DNA from: an uncultured Desulfobacteraceae bacterium
GTDB lineage: Bacteria > Desulfobacterota > DSM-4660 > Desulfatiglandales > HGW-15
Direction of reading: 5' to 3'
DNA length: 64,000 bases
Assembly (NCBI GenBank): GCA_964520425.1
Contig: CAZFMX010000005.1
Coordinates: 1,416-65,415, forward strand
Shown: piece after piece, positions 1-9,685 of the stretch
How positions within the stretch are numbered: the stretch's first letter is position 1
Layout of the letters: each line of letters begins with the position of its first letter
The notes under the pieces: model-generated
Seen by the model: the letters and a program-made list of their open reading frames with translations, nothing else
What the model was told of the DNA's origin: nothing
Database searches by the model: none
Position numbers and translations under genes: made by a program

Positions 1-768
1 TCCAGCACCTCTCAGCAAAGGAATGGAAATGGATGCATCCCCGGTAATACCGAATGAAGAGGTTTCCCCTTGAGTGAGGAGTTTGACAAAATCGACCGCC
101 AGGCCCGTGGTGAGTTTGACCCCGTTATAAAGGGCTTTGCTCAGACTTAATGAACCGTTGTTTTCAAGTCCCTCGACCGCTTCCTCTCCCGACTTGTCAG
201 CAGAATATTGACTCTGGACATCTCCGCCCCAAATAAAGCCGAAATCATTGGCCTTAAGATCCAGGTCCAGGGCTTTTCTAAAAAGGTTTTCCTTCCTCGT
301 CTGGTAATCCTGACTATTCTGAGCGGCTACCTGAAGCGCCTGAATCAGAGAGAGTTGAAAGGGCTTGCCCGACTCCACGGATACAACCATCTCAGAAGAA
401 GCCTCGAACTTGGGATAATCCTTCTCAGGCCAATGGGGAATGGGCTTCAGTTCGTCGCTTCCCAAAGAGGCCTCTCCGTAGTGTGGAAGCTTCTGCTCAA
501 TTAATAGGCGGCGACGGAGGATGTCGCTGGGACGCTCGATGCTAAAGTCTCCCTTTTCTCCGAACAATTCTTCCTGTTTCTTCTCAATGATGGTCTCCGC
601 CACCCTGTCCGCCGCCATACGGTATCCTGACGTGGTTTTGCACCCCGCCAGGGCGAAGAGAGTAAATAAGATCCCTAAAACCATGAGTCGGGAACAGAAA
701 TATCGACTCACACCATATTGTCTGAAGAAAACAGACGTGCAGTAAAGCACTTCGCGAATCACTTCCAT
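1..768 (-). CDS. TolC-family outer-membrane efflux protein, N-terminal 256 codons (gene runs off the left edge)
   Basis: Absent from the ORF track because there is no stop in the window. Manual minus-strand translation from ATG 768 gives MEVIREVL...MVLGILFTLFALAGCKTTSG (lipobox LAGC), then ...FQLSLIQALQVAAQNSQDYQTRKENLFRKALDLDL, which resembles the first TolC/OEP repeat. The frame stays open to base 1. Alternative start ATG 684. Confidence 0.6.
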   Translation of the reverse strand, partial: MEVIREVLYCTSVFFRQYGVSRYFCSRLMVLGILFTLFALAGCKTTSGYRMAADRVAETIIEKKQEELFGEKGDFSIERPSDILRRRLLIEQKLPHYGEASLGSDELKPIPHWPEKDYPKFEASSEMVVSVESGKPFQLSLIQALQVAAQNSQDYQTRKENLFRKALDLDLKANDFGFIWGGDVQSQYSADKSGEEAVEGLENNGSLSLSKALYNGVKLTTGLAVDFVKLLTQGETSSFGITGDASISIPLLRGAG

Positions 769-1174
769 GCAGTCTCTCCAAGTAAGCTCCTTGCCCAAAT
801 TATCGGCCGTCTCCGAATATATTGAGCAAGGGATATGCCAAGCCAATCTGAAAATGAGTATCTACCTCAATTCACAGCATAATTTCAGGAATCCGAGACA
901 AATTGGATATTTTTTTTGGTGGCACAATCCATAAGAATGGATACCAAATATCCAGCCCACGAGAATGCCTGCATACAATGTATCCAGAACCTGCTCCCAG
1001 TCTTAGTTTATCCGCAAAAAAGGGATACAAGTCACTCAATCCTTTAAAGATAACCATTAGTTGGTGGCTCCTTCAAGGTTTCGTATGCAAGACCGGACTG
1101 CTTCGTGCGATGGGGACAATGGTTTGTCTGAGGAGAAATGGAGGTTGAGAGCTTAGACAGACTAATCCAGTAGG

Positions 1175-1720
1175 TCAATCCTTCCTGCCGATATCAAAGG
1201 CTTTCCCCGCAAATTCACCAATACTGTAGTACTTTGGGGGTTTTAAACCAAAGATGATGGGACCAATCTTTTCCATGTCCGGATCGCCTTCTCCACTGAG
1301 GACATCTTCTTCAATCTTGACATCCAGAATCTCACCTATAAATTGAGTATGCAATCCGATCTCATAATGGTGGATCACCTTGCATTCCAAAACCATGGGG
1401 AACTCTGCCACATAAGGTGCATCAACCTTCTCGGATGCCACGGGGGTCAATCCTGTTTTCTTGAATTTGTCCACGTCTCGGCCGGATACCATACCGAAAT
1501 AGTCGGCTTCCAGAACCTGTTTGTCGTTTGGAACGTTCAGTGTATAGGCATTTCTTTCCATGATATTGCCGTAGGTATACGTGGCCTTTCGAAGGGAAAT
1601 CGTCACACAAGGCGGTTCGGAACAACATATTCCTCCCCAGGCGATGGTCATCACATTGGGCCTTCCTCCTTTATCATATGAACCCACGCACCAGACCGGC
1701 GTAGGGACAATGAATGTCAC
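1175..1720 (-). CDS. flavin reductase-like (FMN-binding split-barrel) protein
   Basis: 181 aa. NVMTIAWGG...[14 protein letters not shown]...[10 protein letters not shown] is typical of the flavin reductase/flavoredoxin family. Confidence 0.8.
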   Translation of the reverse strand: MTFIVPTPVWCVGSYDKGGRPNVMTIAWGGICCSEPPCVTISLRKATYTYGNIMERNAYTLNVPNDKQVLEADYFGMVSGRDVDKFKKTGLTPVASEKVDAPYVAEFPMVLECKVIHHYEIGLHTQFIGEILDVKIEEDVLSGEGDPDMEKIGPIIFGLKPPKYYSIGEFAGKAFDIGRKD

Positions 1721-2066
1721 AGCGCCAAATGATTTCTTTATTTTTTTAACCTCCTCATCACATAGAAACGCTAAGTGATTTTATTCTCTAACCCGGTAGA
1801 CGGTCACGTCCCTCAACAGGTCAGATGAGACAACGATCAGCCAAATCGATTGGGCAGCCAGGTCTTAGGTTACGGAGCTATGTGGCGTAAAGACAAAAGT
1901 ACCTTCTCTATTCACTTTCTCGCGGTTGTAGTCGTGAAAGAATGAGAAAAAATGCCACATTGAAGTCATTTCTTCTCTAGAAGTGGTCCAATATGGCATC
2001 GCCGAGAAAAAGTTTTATGCAGCGTTCTTTTAATAAAAAAAGCTATGTGTAGGAATTTGGATCGCC

Positions 2067-2606
2067 CTATTCCAAGAGTTCCACATTCCAATAGAGATAA
2101 TCCCGCCAATCCTGTGGTATTTCCCTAAAACCTATAGTAATCCTGACGGCCGGAATCCAGGTAGGACGTTTCGGCTTACGGATAAGCTGCATAGAGGCTT
2201 CGGAGGGGATACGCCCTCCCTTCTTTCGGTTACAGTCGATGCAGCATGTTACAATGTTCTCCCATTCTGTAGCTCCGCCACGAGACTTGGGCATAATATG
2301 GTCATAGGTAAGTTCTTCCGTGGGACGTTGATTTCCGCAATATTGACACCTATAGCGGTCTCTTGCATAGATGTTCTGCCTTGAGAATTTGACAGGTGTC
2401 TTGGGTCTTTTGACCATCTTGAGTAGTCGGACTACAGAAGGCAACTTGAGGGTAAAACTCACAGAGTGTATTTCACGGCTATACTCCTCGATCACCTCTA
2501 CCTTTCCGAGACAAAGCAGAGTAATCGCCTTCTTCCAGTTGATGATCTTCAATGGCTCGTAAGTAATGTTTAGAAGGAGTACGTGTTCCATAATGCTAGA
2601 GCTCAA
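2067..2606 (-). CDS. HNH endonuclease
   Basis: CQYCG...LTYDHIMPKSRGG...WENIVTCCIDCNRKK is a canonical HNH/zinc-finger core. Confidence 0.85.
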   Translation of the reverse strand: MSSSIMEHVLLLNITYEPLKIINWKKAITLLCLGKVEVIEEYSREIHSVSFTLKLPSVVRLLKMVKRPKTPVKFSRQNIYARDRYRCQYCGNQRPTEELTYDHIMPKSRGGATEWENIVTCCIDCNRKKGGRIPSEASMQLIRKPKRPTWIPAVRITIGFREIPQDWRDYLYWNVELLE

Positions 2607-2962
2607 ACAAAGGGCGTTTAAGGGAAAACAACCACACGAAACTGATTTAGGTAACTTGATTTAATCTAAAATTGGAAATAACACAAGCAAAAAACGAGGG
2701 GCCATAAGGGCAGGAGTTCTGAGTCAACCACCTTCGGCTGAAGCCGAAGGCTTGAGGGTCCAAGGAGTCAAGGAGCCAAGGGGCCAAGTGAAAAAACGAT
2801 TATGCCTTCCCTTGAATCCTGACTGTTGAAATAAAATCGAACTGAAGTCTTCGCCTAAAAGCGAAGGATTTTCTCCCATTCCCAGAATGGGACATTAAAG
2901 GGATCAAAGGTTTGTATTAAGATGATTTCGCAGGTTCATTGCACTCGGAGGGGTTTTGGCGG

Positions 2963-4570
2963 TTATCGAGCTCTGCGTCCGGTCCCCTCTGTGCTCATCT
3001 GTTGGGCCATCTTTTTCTGCATGGAAGCTGCTTTTCGCATCGGTCCGAGGTTCTCTTCAATCTCTCTTTTTATCTCCGAGTCATCGATCAAAGCCAAGGC
3101 CTTTTCCATTTGAAAGACTGCATTGATAAAATCTCTCTTGTCCTTGTAATAGAGCCCCAGATAGTAATGAGATCTACCCGGATTTCCATGCTTGTAGTAG
3201 GATTCGCCCAAAGAATAGAGGGTCTTCGTATAATAGGATTCCTTTTGGGGCATCATTTCAATGCCCATAGAATCAGGCCCTTCTTCATCAGGGCTCCGTC
3301 TTTTGGGCGGATTCTTTTTGTCAGGACCTTCTCCGTCAGGCGGTCCTTCCTTGCCAGGTGATGCCCTTCTTTCGTTCTTGGATAATATGGAGTGTCTCTT
3401 GATAATCTCTTCAAAGGTCTTTTCCGCATCTTCCAGTCTTCCGGATTTAAGCTGTGCAAGCCCAAAATAGTATTGCCCCTCAAGACTATACGGTCCTACT
3501 TTGAGTCCTGGCTCTAAGACCGCGAGGGCCTCTTTGTACTGACCATTGAGACAATAGACTCGACCCAGATCCTTCTGAATGGAAGGGTTGGAGGTATTTT
3601 GTGTCCAAGCCTTTTCTATAAAGCGGACTGCCTCTTCACTATGTCCCGTCCTTGCCAGAACAAGGCCGTATCCGAAAAGGGCTTTCGGGTCTTCAGGATC
3701 TTTTCTGAGGGCCTTCTCGAAATGTCCCAGAGCAAAATTCGGGTCTCCGTAGAGGGCGATAAACCGCGCTTGAACAGAATCAAAATCAATATTCCATGCT
3801 TCAGGCTCGGCGGCATTTACGTTTGGGTGGGCATCGAGCCAGGCACTGATAAACGCCACACGGTCCCTTGTGGGCGGATGCGTATAGAGATATGCAGGAA
3901 TCGTCGTTCCACGCCAGTCCATGTTCAGCATCCTCTTTAAGCTCTCCAGCATACACTCCGGCTTATAACCGCATCTGGAAAGATGTTCCAGGGCCACCCG
4001 ATCCGCTTGCTCCTCGAATTCTCTGCTATAGACGAGTGAGGTTGACTCAAGTGTGGCCATTGTTCCAGCCATGACAGCAGTTCCTGCATCTTCTGCCCCC
4101 GTCATCCCAAGGAGTATCGACGCGGCAAGTCCCGCAATGGACATGAATTTCATCTTACTTGATCGCTCAATTTGCGCGGAGATGTGACGGCACGACACAT
4201 GGGCAATTTCATGAGCCAATATCCCGGCAAGCTCTTCTTCAGACTCTATTTGCTCGATAAGACCGCTATGAATGAAGATGAACCCACTGGGTGATGCAAA
4301 GGCATTAAAACTGTCGTCTTGAATCACGTAGAAATGGTAATTAAAGAGCTTTTCCGGAAGACTGTTGGCAATTCGGTTCCCCACGGCGTTGACCAGATTG
4401 ACGATTTCCGGGTCTTCGATAAAAGTGTAGTGGGCTTTGACCTGCCTCATAAATTCCTTGGCCAGGTCATCTTCTTGGGCGGGTGTTATGGCATAGGCAG
4501 GCGTCAAGAATAGAACACAAGTCAGAATGAAAAACGTCCACAGGACTCTTTTTTTTGTGAGCAACCTCAT
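2963..4570 (-). CDS. M48-family zinc metallopeptidase with C-terminal TPR repeats (BepA-like)
   Basis: Signal peptide, HEIAHVSCRH (HExxH), then TPR-like repeats (YGLVLARTGHSEEAVRFIEKA...). Carries a Pro/Gly/charged low-complexity insert. Confidence 0.85.
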   Translation of the reverse strand: MRLLTKKRVLWTFFILTCVLFLTPAYAITPAQEDDLAKEFMRQVKAHYTFIEDPEIVNLVNAVGNRIANSLPEKLFNYHFYVIQDDSFNAFASPSGFIFIHSGLIEQIESEEELAGILAHEIAHVSCRHISAQIERSSKMKFMSIAGLAASILLGMTGAEDAGTAVMAGTMATLESTSLVYSREFEEQADRVALEHLSRCGYKPECMLESLKRMLNMDWRGTTIPAYLYTHPPTRDRVAFISAWLDAHPNVNAAEPEAWNIDFDSVQARFIALYGDPNFALGHFEKALRKDPEDPKALFGYGLVLARTGHSEEAVRFIEKAWTQNTSNPSIQKDLGRVYCLNGQYKEALAVLEPGLKVGPYSLEGQYYFGLAQLKSGRLEDAEKTFEEIIKRHSILSKNERRASPGKEGPPDGEGPDKKNPPKRRSPDEEGPDSMGIEMMPQKESYYTKTLYSLGESYYKHGNPGRSHYYLGLYYKDKRDFINAVFQMEKALALIDDSEIKREIEENLGPMRKAASMQKKMAQQMSTEGTGRRAR

Positions 4571-5111
4571 GGGAAATCCTCTTTTTCCCCTTCACTAAAC
4601 CGTTAAGTCCCTATGCTCGGCCGTCAGAGACAACTAGAACGCTGAGACTAAGCGGCTAATCATGTCATTCTAAAAGGGGTGATTGATCAATCTCTCAAAG
4701 ATCCGGTCGGGTCGCGATACCCTCTAACAATCGTCCATATCATACATGATAATCAAGAAATTATCACATACCAGATATGAGTGCAAATTTGACTTTCTAA
4801 TCTTCTATAATGATGTTAATTTAACCCATTTATATCTAAAATCACTTAATATGCCATGGAATACTCTAGTTTTTTTCGGCAGAAGTAAAGAAAACGCTTG
4901 AATTGGATTGATCCTGGCTAAGAGGACACGGTTTTTCGTCCGATTCATGTCTTCATCACCGCGATTTTTTTCATACTTTCCAGGCAGAGCCATCGGCTCT
5001 GCCTGGAAAGACATCAATATCTAAGATCATCATTCTCATTCCTCATCCAGTGCTGCCAAAATCCGCTATCAAATTCCTGTTTAATTATAATATAGTGGAC
5101 TTTGAGGAAGA

Positions 5112-5238
5112 CCTGGGCACCAGCAGGGTGTTAGATGTAAGGTGCCGAGGAGTGCCGACTGAGGCGTATAAATAATACGCCGCAAGGAGAAGCGACCGAA
5201 GGTAACGCAGCAGATGACGCCATGATGGTGGCTCAGGG
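5112..5238 (+). repeat. family-C structured intergenic repeat, copy 1
   Basis: About 127 nt, near-identical in layout to 8648-8775: CCTGGxCACCAG...GGYGCCGAGGAGYGCCGACTGAGGYGTAT..ATACRCCGCAAGGAGAAGCGACCGAAGG...CTGGTGG.TCAGGG. Confidence 0.7.
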
Positions 5239-5332
5239 TGCTGTGCTTGTCATTGACATATCAGTATAAACACCCTAGACTTCTTTAGGAAAATTAATGT
5301 GACTTTTCAGGTGGATAACTGAATTCTCTATT

Positions 5333-7540
5333 TTGGATCTTCATCCCAACCAAGCCTCCTCATTCCCCTTTAAGCGCGCGAAAGGTCGATTGGATCGGCG
5401 AGGAAGTAGGTTTCAACAATTACCCAAGTTTCATCATGTTGGAAAATCTGTGAGACGCAAACTCATCTCAAAAAATGGAGAAAAGGCCGTAAGAACGATC
5501 TGTGGATTCTGCCACACTAATTGCGGTTTGATCACCTATGTAAAGGACGGAGTGATCACTCGAATAAAAGGAGATCCGGATCATCCCGTCAATGGCGGGG
5601 CGGACTGTCGAAAAGGCCGAGCAGGAAAAGAGATTGTCTACTCTTCTGATCGCCTTCAATATCCTTTACGTAGGGTCAAAAGCGGGTTCAAGCGTATTTC
5701 CTGGGACGAGGCACTTGATACCATCTCCGACAAGCTTATAAGGATAAGGGATCAATACGGCGGGAAGACCATCATACGGGGTGTGGGCGCACCGATCACA
5801 GAAGAAAACCGGGATGGATTTGGCCAGATTGTGGCCATGTTAGGCTCTAATGACTATATCGGTGCCGGCCATATTTGCCACCAACCGCGTTCTATTGGAT
5901 TTCGAACGGTCTTTGGTCAAATGCCTCAGCCGGATTATGAGAATACAAAGCTCATCCTTATCTGGGGCTCAAATCCACTTGCCTCCAACAGATATGGAGA
6001 GGTCGGTATTGGATTTGCGTGCGCCTACGGCGGTCTTTCCAGCATATTTTCGTCGGCCAGGAAACGGGGTGTCAAGGTGGTTGTTATTGACCCTTGGCGC
6101 AATCATATGGTTCGTCTTGCGGATAAGTGGCTGCAGTTGGAGCCGGGTAGGGATGACGCCCTGGCCCTGGCCATGCTGAATGTCATCATCAATGATAAAC
6201 TCTACGAAAGGGCATTTGTAGAAGATTGGACCATCGGTTTTGATGAGTTGGCCACTCATGTTAAACCATTCACACCCACGTGGGCCGAAGGTGTGACCCG
6301 GCTGCAAGCCTCTGATATCAAGGAAGTCGCCAGGCTATACGCAACCACCAAGCCCGCGCTGATCCGAGAAGGCAACGCCCTGGATCAGTATCCCAATGCG
6401 GTCCAGACAACGCGGGCCATAGCTATGATCGAGGCCATCACCGGTAATCTGGATAGGAAAGGGGGAAATGTCTTTTTCCCATTCCCAAGGCTGACCCCTT
6501 TAAAATCCGCACCCGATGCCCAACGTCTGAGCGTTGATACCTATCCAATGTATCCCAGCGTGCCTTTCCCCGCCTTTGCCGATGCTGTCTTGACAGGAAA
6601 GCCCTATAGTCCACGGGCGTTGCTCATCAATCATTCCAACACTCTGTTGATACAGGCCAACACTAATAAAACCCGGCAAGTCCTGGATAGACTGGAGTTT
6701 CTTGTGGTCTGCGATATCTTTAGGACGGCGACAACAGAACTCGCGGATATTGTCCTTCCCGAAGCATCCCCCTTTGAGCGTTATGGATATAGGGGGTATG
6801 CCAGCCCTACGTGTGGTTTTGTGGCACTCAGGCGAAAAGCCATAGACCCTGTGGGTGAGTCCCGCACCGTGTTTGAAATTGAATATGATTTAGCGGAAAG
6901 AATGGGACTGGCCTCTGGTTTTCCTTTTAGAAACAATGAGGAATGGATTGACTATAGATTGGCAGCAAGTCATATCACCTTTCATGATTTAGAAGAGAAA
7001 CATCTCATCCATGCTACGGCCCCAATGAAGTACGAGAAGTATCTCGAAAACGGATTCAAAACTCCTTCAGGAAAGGTGGAACTCTATTCTCAGGGATTGA
7101 AAGACTTGGGCTATGCGCCTTTGCCTGATTACGAGGAACTTGACAGAAGGATCATAGAGCGACCTTCTCTCAGACAGGAATATCCTTTGATCGGCACTAC
7201 GCGTAGGTCAGGCAGCTATACCCATACGCAATTCCGAAACATTCCCATTCTCCGCAAACTGGACAAAGACTGCCTTTTGAGGATAAATCCTGAAGATGCG
7301 ATGATACGTACCATTTTTGATGGAGATATGGTACGGGTGGAATCGCCTGATGGGAAGATTGAAGTCAAAGCCACGCTAGCGGATGAAGTGGCTCCGGGGA
7401 TCGTCCTGATAGATTTTGGTTGGGGAAACCCTGGAGATGGTGGGCAGAATGTCAATTTGTTGACCAGCGATGAAGATCGTGATCCTATTTCTTGCTCCAC
7501 ATCCAATCATCGCTTCCGGTGCCAGGTAACCAAACCCTAA
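5333..7540 (+). CDS. molybdopterin (bis-MGD) oxidoreductase, DMSO-reductase/formate-dehydrogenase superfamily
   Basis: N-terminal 4Fe-4S motif CGFCHTNCGLITYV...DCRKG, followed by molybdopterin-binding and C-terminal beta-barrel regions. The true start is uncertain, with in-frame TTG 5390 or GTG 5450 plausible. No convincing Tat signal. Confidence 0.85.
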   Translation: MDLHPNQASSFPFKRAKGRLDRRGSRFQQLPKFHHVGKSVRRKLISKNGEKAVRTICGFCHTNCGLITYVKDGVITRIKGDPDHPVNGGADCRKGRAGKEIVYSSDRLQYPLRRVKSGFKRISWDEALDTISDKLIRIRDQYGGKTIIRGVGAPITEENRDGFGQIVAMLGSNDYIGAGHICHQPRSIGFRTVFGQMPQPDYENTKLILIWGSNPLASNRYGEVGIGFACAYGGLSSIFSSARKRGVKVVVIDPWRNHMVRLADKWLQLEPGRDDALALAMLNVIINDKLYERAFVEDWTIGFDELATHVKPFTPTWAEGVTRLQASDIKEVARLYATTKPALIREGNALDQYPNAVQTTRAIAMIEAITGNLDRKGGNVFFPFPRLTPLKSAPDAQRLSVDTYPMYPSVPFPAFADAVLTGKPYSPRALLINHSNTLLIQANTNKTRQVLDRLEFLVVCDIFRTATTELADIVLPEASPFERYGYRGYASPTCGFVALRRKAIDPVGESRTVFEIEYDLAERMGLASGFPFRNNEEWIDYRLAASHITFHDLEEKHLIHATAPMKYEKYLENGFKTPSGKVELYSQGLKDLGYAPLPDYEELDRRIIERPSLRQEYPLIGTTRRSGSYTHTQFRNIPILRKLDKDCLLRINPEDAMIRTIFDGDMVRVESPDGKIEVKATLADEVAPGIVLIDFGWGNPGDGGQNVNLLTSDEDRDPISCSTSNHRFRCQVTKP

Positions 7541-7632
7541 CGTTGCATAGAAAACATGACAGGGGATTCTAGAAAGCAATAATAACAAGGATCTCGGCGT
7601 AATTCGAGATTATTTCTGGGACACGATACTTG

Positions 7633-8385
7633 TTACAACTCCTCTAAGAGTACAAACAGATCTTGCCATGTGGAAATCCTGGGGATATGGGCGAGATTCT
7701 CCTTAGGAGCGGCGACAGAGACGTTGAGAGAAAAAGGTAATTCTTTGTTCTCTACGAAGGTCGCCCAGACAGGTCGGAGCTCTGCCCCTTGGGCACCGGT
7801 GAGATCCGGTTCAGGATCATCTCCCACATAGATTGTCTGATCTGGTTCAACACCCAAACCCTCAATAAGTCGATGAAAAACCAAAGGGTGGGGTTTGCGA
7901 AAGCCCTCTTCACCAGAAATAATGATAACATCAAAAAACGGGTTCAGGCCGACATGCTCGATGATTTTCCTTGCTGCAGGTCCGTGTGTGAAATTGGAGA
8001 GCAACCCAAGATAATAGGTCTCCTTTAGGGTTTGGAGCATCTCTTTGGTCTCCGGGATCAGGTGACAGTGCTCCGGAAAGGCCGAAAAATAAGCCTCTAC
8101 GGACTCGTTGATTGGGAGATCGTATGGCTGAATAGAGTAACCCAAGGTTTCAAGAGCGGCACAAATCCAAAAGCGATTGTGTGTCTCTCTGCCGTCTTGT
8201 CGGGCAGCCTCAATGAACCTTTGGGCGGATTCGCGATACACCTCTTCAAAGGTCTCTTGATCCAGAAAAAGTCCACTTTTTCGCAGGCTTTCGATCAGTC
8301 TGCGCATGGCCTCAGGAAGGGCCTGCGAATCAGGGACGATTAGGGTATTAAAAAGATCGAAACCTATGGCTTCTATTTGTGACAT
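7633..8385 (-). CDS. HAD-superfamily hydrolase
   Basis: IGFDLFNTLI (motif I variant) and YVGDDPEPDLTGA (motif IV). Start moved to ATG 8385 because the longer ORF would run into repeat B1. Confidence 0.75.
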   Translation of the reverse strand: MSQIEAIGFDLFNTLIVPDSQALPEAMRRLIESLRKSGLFLDQETFEEVYRESAQRFIEAARQDGRETHNRFWICAALETLGYSIQPYDLPINESVEAYFSAFPEHCHLIPETKEMLQTLKETYYLGLLSNFTHGPAARKIIEHVGLNPFFDVIIISGEEGFRKPHPLVFHRLIEGLGVEPDQTIYVGDDPEPDLTGAQGAELRPVWATFVENKELPFSLNVSVAAPKENLAHIPRISTWQDLFVLLEEL

Positions 8386-8419
8386 GGGGTTCTTTCTACC
8401 TAGTGCCCATCCATAAACG

Positions 8420-8530
8420 GCCCTTTTGGCCAATCTCTGCGTTACGCTTCAGAATGTAATCCTCGAAATACTTTCATGTATTCCTGTGGTTACAATCTTC
8501 GCGTTCCTTGACCTTTACCAAAAATTCTCG
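8420..8530 (-). repeat. family-B MITE-like repeat, partial copy (reverse orientation)
   Basis: Aligns with 45726-45867: ...TTTTGSCCAATCTCTGCGT...ATCCTCGAAATACT...GTATTCCTG.GGTTA.AAT.TTCGC.TTCCTTGACCTT. Confidence 0.6.
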
Positions 8531-8647
8531 TTTCTGGATGGACGCTACCTAAACAATGAATGAAAAGCAAGCTGCGAGCGTTTCAGATCAACAAATTTCA
8601 CCATCAAATTTGTTGATTGGCAATGATAATTCAGGATTTTGGGGAAT

Positions 8648-8775
8648 CCCTGGACACCAGGAAAGTGTTAGCTACAAGGCGCCGAGGAGCGCCGACTGAG
8701 GTGTATATACAATACACCGCAAGGAGAAGCGACCGAAGGCAACACAGCAGATGACAGCTTCCTGGTGGATCAGGG
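8648..8775 (+). repeat. family-C structured intergenic repeat, copy 2
   Basis: See 5112-5238. Same orientation, with compensatory differences in two hairpins. Confidence 0.7.
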
Positions 8776-8962
8776 ATCAATAAAGGACTTGACCTTCTTA
8801 CACATGCGGGGTAACAATAGCGCTGCCGTATTGTCTAATAGAGGTAAAAACCGTAGATATTGAGCGGCTATCGTGGCTAGTTCTTTTCTACATAAGTGAC
8901 CGGTTATCCTTCATCAATATGGGGATTATGGGCTAGGGCTCTCGGGTTTTATCTCAAAAAGA

Positions 8963-9334
8963 ATGGAAAAGAAAAAATTCACTGAGCGAAGAAAGCTTAA
9001 GAGATTTCAAGTCCAAGACGGAGCATTTGCCGTAGTCAGACCTGAATTCACCAGATTAGGGCAGATCATAAATATCAGCTACGAGGGGCTCGCCTTTCAG
9101 TACGCCGCGACCGCCAATCAGGAAAACGGAGCATCTGAACTCGATATCTTCCTGACGGGCGATGCTTTCTATTTGGAAAATATGTCCTTTGAGACGGTTT
9201 GTGATCGTAGGGCGACAAAAAAATCTTCTAAGGGTTTCTTACCCTTGAGACGCTGTAGTGTCCATTTCAAGGATCTCACGGGCACTCAAATAGCCCAATT
9301 GGAATATTTCATTCAGAACCACACCATAAATTGA
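8963..9334 (+). CDS. PilZ-domain protein
   Basis: RRKLKRF (RxxxR) followed by INISYEGLAF (D/NxSxxG). Confidence 0.75.
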   Translation: MEKKKFTERRKLKRFQVQDGAFAVVRPEFTRLGQIINISYEGLAFQYAATANQENGASELDIFLTGDAFYLENMSFETVCDRRATKKSSKGFLPLRRCSVHFKDLTGTQIAQLEYFIQNHTIN

Positions 9335-9564
9335 AGCTTGGAGTTCCGAAAGCCTCACCCTCTCGCCTTTTTATTCCTTAAAAACTGGGGAGTCTTGCTG
9401 GTACGGCTAGCGAAATTCGCTGATTTCACTAAAAACTCGCTCGTAATCCTGTGAAATCCGGTCTAGCCAGTGCGAAGATCGACTCTCAGTCTCTAGGGTG
9501 AGGATATTTGGTGTTTTTTTGAATGGGACATACAAAATGTAGTCTGATATGATGAGCTAGATCA

Positions 9565-9652
9565 TATGAAAAAGCTACCTCCTTCTTTTATTCCATATTT
9601 TCCCTTAGACCCTATTATACTACAGGGTACTATAGGAGGTAGCTTTTTCATA
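9565..9652. promoter_or_regulatory. 18-bp perfect inverted repeat upstream of the acyl-CoA dehydrogenase gene
   Basis: TATGAAAAAGCTACCTCC (9565-9582) and GGAGGTAGCTTTTTCATA (9635-9652) are separated by 52 nt. The spacer holds a smaller hairpin, ACCCT..AGGGT. Confidence 0.35.
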
Positions 9653-9685
9653 GGTGTCAGAATAAGACGAAAGGGAGGCTGAAGA

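Noticed and set aside
935-965. A sigma54-like TGGCAC upstream of nothing obvious.
   Set aside because: The -12 element is absent (TGGCACAATCCATAAG instead of TGGCAC-N5-TTGC). No suitably placed downstream gene.
4976-5010. A 16-bp perfect hairpin (CTTTCCAGGCAGAGCC-ATC-GGCTCTGCCTGGAAAG), considered as a terminator.
   Set aside because: No T-tract follows it on either strand and no gene ends nearby in the right orientation. It is a real palindrome but its function cannot be assigned, and it is not repeated in the window.
5112-5238. A Moco riboswitch, because family-C copy 1 precedes a molybdopterin oxidoreductase gene.
   Set aside because: The second copy precedes an unrelated PilZ gene and lies upstream of its likely promoter. 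The sequence (GCCGAGGAGYGCC...) does not match what I recall of the Moco motif core.
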